Of a stretch of DNA of 64,000 nt, positions 28,301-39,145 are shown piece after piece. Each line of letters opens with the position of its first letter. Position 1 is the stretch's first letter. Both the position numbers and the translations under genes were made by a program. The notes beneath the pieces were generated by a model. The model made no database searches. It saw only the letters and a list, made by a program, of their open reading frames with translations, and had not been told where the DNA came from. This DNA comes from Lingula anatina (Eukaryota > Animalia > Brachiopoda). The stretch covers positions 41,146,788 through 41,210,787 of the forward strand of contig CM120640.1 of the NCBI GenBank assembly GCA_051362555.1, written 5' to 3'.

Positions 28301-31004
28301 CAACAAAAAAAGAATAGAACAAAATTTTTATGTATTAATGAGAAAATTCTATAACATCAGTAAAAAAAAAAACAAATAAGTAAATAAATGGGCCATCAAT
28401 TATACATTGGGTCTTATCATAATTGGTTTTAGTTTGGAGAGCATGTATACTGGACAGACTGGCAGACACAATCTATAGACAGAGCCAACAAGAGAACTGG
28501 GAAGAATCGAACTGTCATCAAAGATAACTTGGAAGGTCTGATGGATGTGCTGATTGTTTCTCCATTAAAACAGAGTGGTGAGTTGCATGTTTTTAAACAT
28601 ACCGTGTATAGCTAATACATTCAATGGGGGTGTAATCTAAAATTGTAGAGTGTGAATGAATAAATAAAGAGAATAAATTTTTTAAACAATCCCTTGAATT
28701 TAAAGATTTGTGTCAAAGTAGAGCATATCTTTTTTTTAACTGATTTCAAATGTTCTGATTGATAAATTGACTAAAATTCATAAATTCTGTATGTGATGTG
28801 TTGATCTTGCTCCAGGTACTAATGCCTGTCACATGAATAATGGAGGGTGTTCACACCTTTGCCTGGCTAGACCAGATGTGGGCTTTGTGTGTGCTTGTCC
28901 CACGGAACCAGACGACAGGCCTTGCTCTACAGGTAATGTGCACTGAATTATTTCAGTCACTGTTTGGTTGAGTGTAGCTATTTAATAGTCATATTTACGG
29001 GTTATATTGTATGAAGTTATAAATACTCAGAATAAATAAGAATAATTTAAAACTGAAATCCAAAGATATGTTCAAGAGATTGCCCCTTTCCATTCTTTAA
29101 TTTTTAAACCCAATTGATTTTCCTAATAGAAAATATGAAATATAATGAATAATTTCCCTATGTAATTTTCAGTGCCAGGGATATATATAGTAGATCCTAC
29201 AAAGAATAAAAAGTTTGACTATGGCAAGGAGTGGAATGTCCCTCCTGCTATACCAGATACTCTACCAGATACAGGGCAACATGCAGATGGGTATGAAAAC
29301 ACACTCTTATCAAAAAACATAACCAATTTCTTTTTTGACTGTTTGATGTTGGATCAGGTTAGTCTATGGTTGGTGAAATAATATGGATTATTTTCCAACT
29401 AAAAAGGCCATTTAAATTTGATGCTGGATTTGAACTTTTTAAACTGGATTCAAGTAAAGTGGTAGTTGCTTCCACGATTTTTGTTTATTTCTAGTTTTAC
29501 ACAATAATTTACATTTATTATATCTTGTGCATTAGGTGCTCTGAAGAAGACTGGCGGCATGGGCTATGTAGTGCAGACAGTAAGTATATATGCTTATTCC
29601 TTGTTATTTTTATAATGCCTTTTTGTAAAATTGCTTTTAATAAGGCATTACTTAAACTCATAGTGATGTGTATGTGTTTTAAAAGGAAGAAAATAGAATG
29701 TTTTTGAATATCTCTTTTGTATCTTTCATCTCTTTGTTTTTGTGTTGTTGTTGGATAAGTATTTTTGGTGAAATTCATTGAATTTGATTTAGATTTCAAT
29801 GTGCTGTTTGTATTTTCCAGACAGTGGAGTCCATGCTGCATATATTTCATTAGCAGTTGTTATTTTACTCATTCTTGGAGGAGCTGTGATATTTCTATTG
29901 ATCTGGAGGAGGTAGAGTACAGCATTATTATTACTTCTTATCCTATTTATCATAATAATATTTGAAATATTCTTTCGTTACTCACATTACATCAAAAGAT
30001 GAGAAGCCATTCACATTTGTAATATTTACACTTCAAATTTTTTCAAACTGGATCTTTTTATTACACATTCAACAGGATCAAGTTAAGATATAATATGTGA
30101 AATACATGCGTGGCTTACACAAGTGGAACTTACATACTCTGTAACAAGTGTTGTATTAGATTGGACAAATGATGGCCAGCTTCGGGTCAAAGGCACAATG
30201 CTAGTTACAGCATGTCTAGGCCTTTTGTTCATCTAGTCATCCATAGTATTTTACATGGTATTAACCAAACAAATAATCATCAATGGAAAATGGTCTGCCC
30301 TGTTATTTGATATTAATATTTTCCCCTTTTACCACTTCCTGATAGGAAAAAGAGAAGAGAAGAAGACTCCATATCATCTGAGGCAAGGCTTACCTTTTCT
30401 AACCCAACATACCATAAAACTAGTGATGAAAGAATAAATATAGAAAGAAGAACAAAACCTTGGCGTCTCTTTAGATATGACACTGCTGAGGTAAGTTTGC
30501 CTTGCTCTTTACCTGATACATTCAGCTGATAATCTTTTTTTTTCTAGTTTATTTCAAGCTGAATTCTCACTATTTTTGAGTCCATCTTGTACAGCTAGCT
30601 GGCTCACTTAGCCTGGATCTTGTATTAGTGGGCATCTGTACAAGATTAGAACTATATGTAACAGTCTCTTTGTACATCCTTTGGTATTAAAAGATGATAG
30701 AAAATTCTGTTGGTCAGGAAATTTGTTCCGAGTTGAATTCTCATATTTTCTGTTTTAGGAACGCCTGTCTATGTTGGCTCCACCAGTTCCTCCAAAGCCA
30801 AAGGAAAACTTAGCCTCTCAAGAAGCAGCAGCATTAATGAAAGCAAAAGACAGTGACTGTGATTGTGAAGGTTGTGAGACGCCCCCTCCAACCCCACCAG
30901 AGAGAATAGACAGTAAAAATATATTCATTCAGGATGAAGTGAAAGATTCTAAAGACCCACGTTTAGAAGATGACACATATGAACCAGTGGAGACTCAGAT
31001 CTAG
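5009..31004 (+). CDS. LRP4: Low-density lipoprotein receptor-related protein 4 (5'-partial, 34 coding exons)
   Basis: GT-AG exons with consistent phases: 5009-5161, 13576-13692, 14517-14630, 16970-17089, 17334-17456, 17699-17818, 18181-18297, 18911-19033 (8 LDLa repeats, the first with the LRP4-type GECTCIP); 19358-19483, 19753-19878 (EGF); 20165-20552, 20735-20952, 21136-21312, 21562-21687, 22246-22454, 22819-23006, 23214-23415, 23669-23858, 24091-24360, 24657-24915, 25148-25310, 25448-25673, 26062-26187, 26465-26642, 26885-26997, 27597-27702, 27904-28159, 28433-28577, 28816-28932 (4 YWTD propellers each followed by EGF); 29173-29290, 29536-29579, 29821-29911 (TM), 30346-30490 (LTFSNPTY, NPxY), 30759-31004 (ends ETQI*, PDZ ligand). 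The architecture matches LRP4 as recalled. Confidence 0.95.
6739..6792. repeat. 27-bp tandem duplication
   Basis: AAATTCATATTCTGTTTTTTCTCAATA twice. Confidence 0.9.
6931..7121. mobile_element. MITE-like element with (C/T)AGGCCC(G/A)TAGC termini
   Basis: TAGGCCCATAGCCAG at left, CTCGCTACGGGCGGGCCTG at right; internal GGGGGTTC.. / AAAAGAACCCCC inverted pair. Confidence 0.55.
9796..10564 (+). pseudogene. Internally deleted THAP-HTH-DDE transposase remnant
   Basis: 9796 [35 protein letters not shown], frameshift, then [35 protein letters not shown] (to 10018); 10202 VKFYTG then [13 protein letters not shown] after a frameshift; 10520 [15 protein letters not shown] (Harbinger-type catalytic E motif). 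Confidence 0.75.
10806..11757 (-). pseudogene. Second-ORF remnant of the ISL2EU-like element (SAP-like N-terminus, possible YqaJ exonuclease fragment)
   Basis: ATG at 11757: [17 protein letters not shown], frameshift, [24 protein letters not shown]; weaker KLKQKQN..RGQII....FIVF near 10890-10806. Confidence 0.5.
13576..19033 (+). CDS. LRP4: LRP4 exons for LDLa repeats 2-8 (one phase-1 exon per repeat)
   Basis: Seven exons each encoding Cx4FxCxxGxCI...CDGxxDCxDxSDE-like modules. Confidence 0.93.
19358..28932 (+). CDS. LRP4: LRP4 exons for EGF repeats and four YWTD beta-propellers
   Basis: Repeated YWTD/FWTD/YWAD motifs, WPNGLA(I/L)D, HPFG(L/I)TV and [12 protein letters not shown] modules across 21 spliceable exons. 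Confidence 0.95.
21796..22145. mobile_element. MITE of 350 bp with 6-bp TSD
   Basis: TIR CAGACATACTGAAA / TTTCAGCATGTCTG; CTTACT duplicated on both flanks; CpG-rich interior with repeated GACCG/CGGTC motifs. Confidence 0.8.
25343..25387. repeat. (TTA)n microsatellite
   Basis: Directly visible. Confidence 0.95.
29173..31004 (+). CDS. LRP4: LRP4 juxtamembrane, transmembrane and cytoplasmic exons
   Basis: [13 protein letters not shown] small exon, hydrophobic [24 protein letters not shown] followed by RRKKRR, FSNPTY, C-terminal ETQI then TAG. Confidence 0.88.
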
Positions 31005-31898
31005 CAACATTGAGACTCGTTTCAGCAGCACCCTTTTTAATGGCTGCTGAAACATAGGGAATATTTATAAAATTTATTTATTATTTATAATTTTTGTGTA
31101 CATTTTGTAAAAAAAAAGATCAAATATCTTCCACTGCATTTGTGCCATATATGCTTAACTTTGTGTACAAATTTTATCCATGTAGTGCATTAAGGGACCA
31201 ATCGTAGTTCTAAATCAAAAACCATCACTGTTTGTTAATGAGAGAATTAACTTATATGTAAAAGTGTTTGAATATATGCATTGTTCAGTGCAATTTCAAG
31301 TTAATTTATGGTGTGCTACTATTTTAGTAATTGGTACATTATATTGGACATCCAATAGTTACTTTCAATGTCATTTTAATACATGGTAGCATGTATGTAT
31401 CAGTTTAACTGTGAAGCTTTTTTTTTCTAATTCTTGTTCTCATTCAGCACAAATAAATTAGGGTGCAATTTAAGGCTGAATTTTTACCTGTTAAGACCTC
31501 TAGATAATGAACATTGCTACAACTTTTATAATTTTTGCCAAAATATTTTGAAGTAACTGTAAGATTTTATAGCAAACATTTTTACTTTTATTTTTAAATT
31601 GAAACTGTATAACTGATAAAAGTATGCACAATGAGTACTTTTCTCTTTCAGTTAAGAGGATGTGAATGTCTATGTACATTTAATACTAAATGAGATAACC
31701 CTAAAAGGGTTAAACAGTGAAAAGGATGCAGATAAAATAGATGAGTTGTCTGAGACACTACTCAGTGTATTCATTTTCATTATAATGAAAACGCTCCAAA
31801 GTTCTATTGAAATTGTAACAGTGCTATCCTGTAAGATCTAGTCATTGAGCGTTGTCTTTCAAAATGAGTGTTATATTTGCCTTATGCTTTAGGGATAC

Positions 31899-31904
31899 AA
31901 TAAA
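31899..31904 (+). promoter_or_regulatory. Candidate LRP4 polyadenylation signal
   Basis: AATAAA about 0.9 kb after the stop; other AATAAA/ATTAAA candidates exist (about 31452, 32111, 32185). Confidence 0.3.
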
Positions 31905-32883
31905 GTATGTCATACATTGTACCTCCAAGCGTTGTTAGGTTAGCATAACCGGGTAATTAATTTATGTCTGTGTTCAATATTGATATCTGAAAGTGTGAAC
32001 AAATAGTTTTTTTTTTCAAATGAACTTTTTTTGTGCAGATAATGTTCAATTTTTTCTAAGTTACTTAATTTACAAGTTATAGATCGGCATAAAACATTTT
32101 ATATATACATATTAAAGGCAATCTGTTTATCTGCTGTTTGAATGCATTTGTATTTTGTGTCAGTCTGTATATATTTTTATTGTTATTAAAAATAACATTT
32201 TTAAAGAATGGATATTGAGTTTTGAGTTATTTGACTACCAGCCATATCACATTCAACATCTAAATAGTTTAGGAACATACTGGTACTTTATGTACATGCA
32301 CGCACAGACTTGAAATAAGTTCAGAATCTTTTAAAATTTCAAAACTGAACTGTACTTCATGGAAATTAAGATAAAAACAACCATAAAAACATCCTTGGAC
32401 AAATAGTGTCAGCTTTTATTCATTTCTGCACCGCACTTATTAATGTGCAATTATTCTGGATCCCACTCTCCACCAAACTGCTAGATTTTAGGCCTAGCCT
32501 GGATGATTCCTATTATATACGTCTCCTGTCTCATTCAAGTAAGCACATTTCTTTACTTTGTTGTTTCATAATAAAAGCTGTGTTTTATAAGATATATATA
32601 CAGTAATATTTAAAAGAAAAGATCAAACAATAACATTCAACACTGTCAATGGTGATACAGTTCTACAGTTTACTTGTACTCGTGATTATTAAAAAAAAAA
32701 TCTTATAACTAGAGGGTATTGATGTAGAGACCCGTTTTGGCTGCTGTTTTCTTTTTAATTAGGTATTTGTGGATGAAAAAAGGGTGAAATTGTTTGCAAA
32801 ATCTGAAACATCAAGTCCACAAATTTTGAGTGTCAGTTTATTGTACATCATACTAATATATTATATTCTTTTTCAATATAAAA

Positions 32884-33051
32884 CAGGGGCGGATTTAGGC
32901 CGTCTTCTGGGTCTTCCGGAAGACGGTCAGATTTTCAAGTTTATACTGTCGGGCATCTAATATTTTCTGTTGGAAGACGGTCAAAAATGGAGGATGGATC
33001 AACAAAGATAATTTGAAAGACTGTCAGAAAATATCTCTAGATCCGCCCCTG
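32884..33051. mobile_element. MITE family B, copy 1 (upstream of RMC1)
   Basis: TIR CAGGGGCGGATTTAG / CTAGATCCGCCCCTG; TAAAA 5-bp duplication on both flanks. Confidence 0.85.
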
Positions 33052-33096
33052 TAAAAGGTGGGGGAAAAAGTGCTCTAAAAATTGTCTGCAATATCT

Positions 33097-33125
33097 CATC
33101 GTCATCATCATCATCATCATCATCC

Positions 33126-33172
<47 letters not shown>
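33097..33172. repeat. Compound (CAT)n(TAT)n microsatellite
   Basis: Directly visible. Confidence 0.95.
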
Positions 33173-33174
<2 letters not shown>

Positions 33175-33570
33175 AGCACGATCTTTATTCCTTGTGGAAA
33201 CTTGTTAAATGACATTCTTCAGACACCTGAACTCGCTGCGCTATTTATTAGGAACTGGCCTGTGTTGCCGTTTTATTTTTCAGTGTTGCTCGTGACCTGT
33301 GATGCCGTTTCCGCTATCTTCTGACCTGTCCTGCCGTTTCCTCCTGTGCGAGCCTGCCTCTTCGGAGGCGTGAATTGTCCACAATCTGATCTCCATATAG
33401 AGGAGAGTATCAAAAGAAAATAATGGCAGAAGCGGACTCAAAAAGTTCAGGGGTCCATTATGTTCAATTATCAAAACATCCAATCCGTTTTGAGCCTGTC
33501 AGTCAGCTAACAAATGTATTCTTCGATGAAACAAATAAGCAGGTGAGTAGTATCGTCTGTGATACGCCTG
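33175..33570 (+). promoter_or_regulatory. CpG-rich promoter/first-exon region of RMC1
   Basis: CpG density is clearly higher than in surrounding host DNA; TGCCGTTTCC direct repeat at 33303 and 33332; brackets the ATG at 33423. Confidence 0.6.
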
Positions 33571-36500
33571 AATGAGGCAATAATCATTTGCACTTTGAAA
33601 ACAAAAACTACTCTGACAAAACAGTAAAACTAGCACATTGCTGTTAAATCACTGATGAGGGGAATTATTTAATTTTATTTTGAGAGTCTTGCAAACGTAG
33701 ATCAGGCCACATATCAGAATGCTATAAACCAGTCGTGTTCTGATATTTATTTCTTGTGTTTAATTATTTGTAAGTTCATCCTAATACCAAGTTGAATTAC
33801 ATGTATTTGAAATAGTGTATTGGTAATAAACAGTATAAGAGAAAGAAACAAAAATAAGTAAAATATGTTTCCATATCAGGTTTTTGCAGTGCAGTCACAA
33901 GGTGCTACGGGGGTTGTGGTGAAAGGTCCAGATGATAAGACAAATATAAATTTTAGGTGAGTATATACTGTATATACTATAGTATTACATTGTTTGTTGA
34001 ATAATGTTATGTTGCTGTTACACATACTTGATTGAAATAACAATTAAAAAGAGCACTAAGATTTCACTACACCTTGACATTTCAGTGTCATTGAGTAGAG
34101 AATTGCTGACTGTAGCCATCTTTTACGTGACGTTTTGGGCTACTGCAGTTTGTGTTTTATTCCGAATATTCATAGTACTTACAGTTTAATCTTCATATTG
34201 TTTTGTCAAAGCAGTTCAATTTATAACCACAGGTTTTCAAAAACTAAAAGCCGTAGGTGAGCATGATATTATCATGTGCATTTACTTTGTAACCCTGTCC
34301 CATAAATATAAATAAGAAATCTGTGTCCTTTCCTGCTTTCCTATAATGCTGATAATTTTTGTCTGATTGCTTCTTTTACCAACTCTATATTGAATCAAAA
34401 TTGCTGTTATTCCTAACTGCAGTACTGTTTTGCCATCACATGGATTTAACCAGGATCTGGCACATTATGTACCCCAAGGTTTTTTTTTCTAGATTTGGGA
34501 CTAGTAAAAAGATATGGGCTAAGCCACTTTGTTCTAAGATAATAGGCCCTTTTTTCATGAAAATACCTCAATCCATTTTCCAAATGGAAATCTTCTAACC
34601 AACCATTACACCTATAAATACAATTTAAAACACCAAAGCATCCAGTATTTGAAAAATGTAAAAGATTATTAAAGAAAAAATAACTGTAAACTAGTAACTG
34701 AGGCTTACATGCCAGTTGTCATGATATAGATATGCCACTGCATTATTCAGACCTTCCCTTCTTAAGCAGTTAAGACATTAGTAATAATAATAATTACCCT
34801 CTCCCCAATTTTTATCTGATTTATTATCAACTGTTATCAGTTGGCTTACTAACTGATCCATGAAATCTGTTTGATAACTGATATTATCATAGTTATATAC
34901 TAGTATGTAAAATGTGAAGGTAACTGCCTTAGTCTTCACTCCTTTGTTTGATTGAAAAATAATAACACCTCTGTTGTACCATGAAAATATTTTTTAATAA
35001 ACGAAACATAATATTTTAATTTTCCTATTTATTTGCAGACTATTTATATTTTTAATTAGATTAAAAATTTTTTTTTACATCAAGCAACCAAATGTTTAGG
35101 GTCAGTCTGAAGTATTACCATGATAAATATGGCCATTATTATTTTCAGAATGGAAGACAGGGGAGAAGTGATATCTATCAAATTTTCTTATGACATGTCA
35201 GTTTTGGCAATACAAAGGTCGCAGAAGTCAGTGGTGAGTTTAAGAAGTTTCTGTAATGGTCACCTTTACAAAAAATTTAAAAAATGAAGAAAGTGAATAA
35301 AGATAATAGATTTTCTTTCATATTGAACTTATGTGTTTTTAAGCTGTATTTCTTCATTCATTTACTGTGGGATCTGACAAAATTTCATTTGCTAGAATGG
35401 CCTTGACAGGACTTTCAAACTTTCTATTTTCAGGAATTCATGAACTTTACAGAGCACTCAGACAGAGTAGAATATTCACAATCATGTCGCGGCAAAACAA
35501 CCAATATTATAGGTTTCCATTGGACAGCTCTAAATGAGATTGTATTTGTCACAGACCATGGTATTGAGTATTATCAGGTGAGTGAAAATTGCAGCCAGGA
35601 TATTTGAATATTTTTGGAATACTCCTAAATGAAAATTACAGACAAAAGGAATTTATTGATTATAATGGTAGTGGATACATTCACTTCGAAATGCCTGTAT
35701 AATCCATTCTCTTTGGTTTAATGATATGTGAATATTAATTGTATTCTGTTGTTTATTTTAAGCAAAGCATTTATTAAGTTTTTTTTTTAATTTCACAATA
35801 TATTTCCTTTCATTAAAATAGGTGATTCCAGAGAAGAAAACACTGAAGTGCCTTAAGAATCAAAGCGGTCAAGTGAATTGGTTTGTTTGGTCGGTAAGAC
35901 AAATTTTTCCTTTACTTCATATCAGTAAGTTTTATATATTAAGTGCTTCCTTTAGTGCAGAATTTTTTAAATAATTTATGCCTTCATATTTATATACACT
36001 AGGAATTTCCAATTTTGTATGTTGGAAGAGACTAGATGAATTTTGGAACTGATAAAACATAAGTATTCCAAGAGAGATAAACTAAGAACAAATTTAGTGT
36101 TATCATTTGGTGCATATCTTCAACCATAAAGGTTCTTAACTCTGTATTTTTATTTATGTTTTAGCCTGAATCTGCTGTGATGCTACTTTCATCAGGGCCT
36201 CTTGGAAATATCATCAATCCTTTCCACTTCAAGGTAAAAGAGTATTAGTTGTTTTGAGAATAGATTATACATGTTTTGTGTTTTGAAAATCTCCAAATTC
36301 ACAAAACAACTGAGTTAAGAAAAATTAAGTAAAGACTTCACTTTGTTATAGTGGTAAAAGAATGGAATTTTTTTTCTTTAAGTATATAGATCTCATTTAT
36401 CATATTTTAATATCAAAATTAATTCCTTTGCCTATTGAAGACAAACACTACAATTTGATAATCAGAAATTACAGGTATAAACTTGTTCAGTATCCAACTC

Positions 36501-39098
36501 CAAGGGAAGTGACCCTTAAATGACCCATTATATGTTCTTTAATATTCACATTTCTTCAAGATACCTAGTTACCATAGCACAAGCACACTGTTAGTAGTGA
36601 TTAAATTCGTATTCAATTGTTTTAGTCTGGTCAACTGTACAAACTTCCTAAGTTTGAAGTGGACCTGCCTGTGATCCCAAAGCCTCCAAAGTTAGTGCTA
36701 CACGAGAGAGATGTCACAATGGCACAGATGTAAGCTTCAAATCATTTACTTTATCTGCAGAATTCACAACAAAGTTGATCTGCAGACTAACACATCTGTG
36801 GATCAAATGTTATGACACACCCACTTCAAAGCATGTGGCATAATCCCCTGATAGACACTGAATAGATTCCCCATGGGGATTATGCAGCAAGCTTTGTAGC
36901 TTTCTGTTAGTCTGCGGATCAACTGTGTTGTAAATGTGGCCTTAGATTTTTTTTCACTCAAGTTGGAAATGGTTCTAGACAAATCTGTGTCTCTTAAGAC
37001 TGATAATTTTTATGTGAAACTTTTGAAGAGAACAGGACTAATGGTACATATAGTTGGGGCACATGGTCACTGACATTTAGTTCGAGCATGTTATATTGCA
37101 GGTTTCTAATAATCACATTGAGCATGTTGAATATTGTTTGCTAGGCATTGTAAAATCAGTCTGATAACATGATTCAGACATTTTTGATTCTGAGGATGGA
37201 AAGAGTTTCATTTGAGTTCACATCAGCAAAATCATTATAAATACCATGTGGTGAGCAGCTTTTTCAAATTTAGACTTATGGCAATTTATGATCCATTTCG
37301 CATATTATATACTGGTGAAAATGTAAGTTCTTTTATGTTTTCTTTGTGGCAGCTATGGTGTACTGTACATATGTGTCCTAAGACATCACACAGTAGCTGG
37401 TAAACTGACTGCAGAAATAGTGCTGTATCACCTTCAAAGGTAAGTGCTACCTGCATTAAGCACAGCAGTCAATTGAACATGTTAGTATAAAAACTGGACC
37501 AGCCATTACCATAGTTAGGTGCTTTTTAGAAGTTTAAATTGTAATTTGAGATAATGAAGAAAACTGATAAAAGGATGGTATTGATATCTTACTGTCATTG
37601 TTTGATATTTTTAATTGTTTATGATATGCAGGTTTAAACTCAAGATTTATTATTTTAGGGAGAATCCAGCAAGGAGGTCCTGTGTGCTTAGGCTTAACAT
37701 GAGTGGGAGGTTTGCTGTCAACCTTGTGGACAATATCATCATTGTACATCATCAAGCATCTAAGGTAAAGTGGGCAAGAGTCTTTGTTCTCTTATTTGAT
37801 TTTTGTCAATAGTCAAATAGTGTTAGTATTTAACAGGATTTTTTAAAACATAGATTTGGATATTATTATTTAAATCTGTTCAGTAATAAATTGATGAAAG
37901 TAAATCATGATTTTTTTCATGCTCCAAAAAGTTGACTTCCTACCCTTAAAAAACTTTTGCTGGAGCATCAAATTTTGAAAATCAAACAATAATGAATAAG
38001 AACAGAATTGAACAGGGTCAAAATTTCACTCTCTGAATCCTGTGATTGCAGACATCCATGTTGTTTGACATAAAGTCAGGAGGGGAATCAGATGGTTATG
38101 TTACATTTTATGATCCACTGGTCCCAGCTAGTCCTATTAGACCATTTATGATCAGAGCTCCATGTAAGTACATTGGTTCTGGGTTGATTCTTCACACTAA
38201 GGACAAATAAAGATATAATTGTCAAACATTTGGCCCTAACTTAGTAGTATTATCAATTGTTATTGAGTTTATGATAATATGGAAATATGGAATGTAATTT
38301 TGTAAGGGTATGAATGTATTTGTGCTCCATTTTAGTGATAACGTGAGAATTAGCTGATATTTTTGTACCAAAAGATACGTCTTTCACATATCAAAAGTTG
38401 TTCTGTTTTTAAATAAGCACTGTATTAGCCCAACTTAAAAAAAGGTTGGTGTTAGTTTATGAATATTTATACTTTTTATTGTGTCTTTTGGAAATATTGT
38501 TGTTCATTGGAATTTTCCCATCCTTAGCCATACCGGGTCAACCTGGAGCAGATGGACAGAAACACGAGCTGGAACTTTGTATCCTTTCCACAAAACATTA
38601 AAAGTTGCATGCAAACTCTAAATTATTTGTCCATGGTTCTTGTGATCAAATTCTTTCATGTTGAATACATGGAAGATCGATGTTATGTTTTCACTTTGTG
38701 TGTGTGTGATTTTTAACTTAATATTGCCTTTGAGAACCCTTCTTAACCACCACGGCAGATTCTCCAAATTGGATAGTATTCCAGCCCAATATACTAATTG
38801 ATGCCAAGCTTGGATACATGTGGTACCTGAAGCTGTCTCTAGAACCCATTGTCAGTTTGATTGATGATAAGGTAATGTCACCATGGATCGTGTAGCACTG
38901 ATGGTGACTTTTTTCATAGTTCTGATAGTGAATTGCCTAACTGAATATTTGTATCTCCCCAAGACATTGATTTGTCAATAATGCTAGAAAATACTGATCT
39001 GAAAACTCAAAATAAAATCAGTTTTGTGACAGAAAGCATGTTTTTGCAATTTACCAAAATGGTTAAGAAAAATGGAATTTTGGAATGAGTTTGAATTT

Positions 39099-39145
<47 letters not shown>

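Noticed and set aside
33082-33324. ORF with poly-His/poly-Tyr
   Set aside because: Translation of a (CAT)n(TAT)n microsatellite
33295-33392. Possible C/D snoRNA (GTGATG...CTGA)
   Set aside because: C box is not RTGATGA, no terminal stem and no recognisable guide
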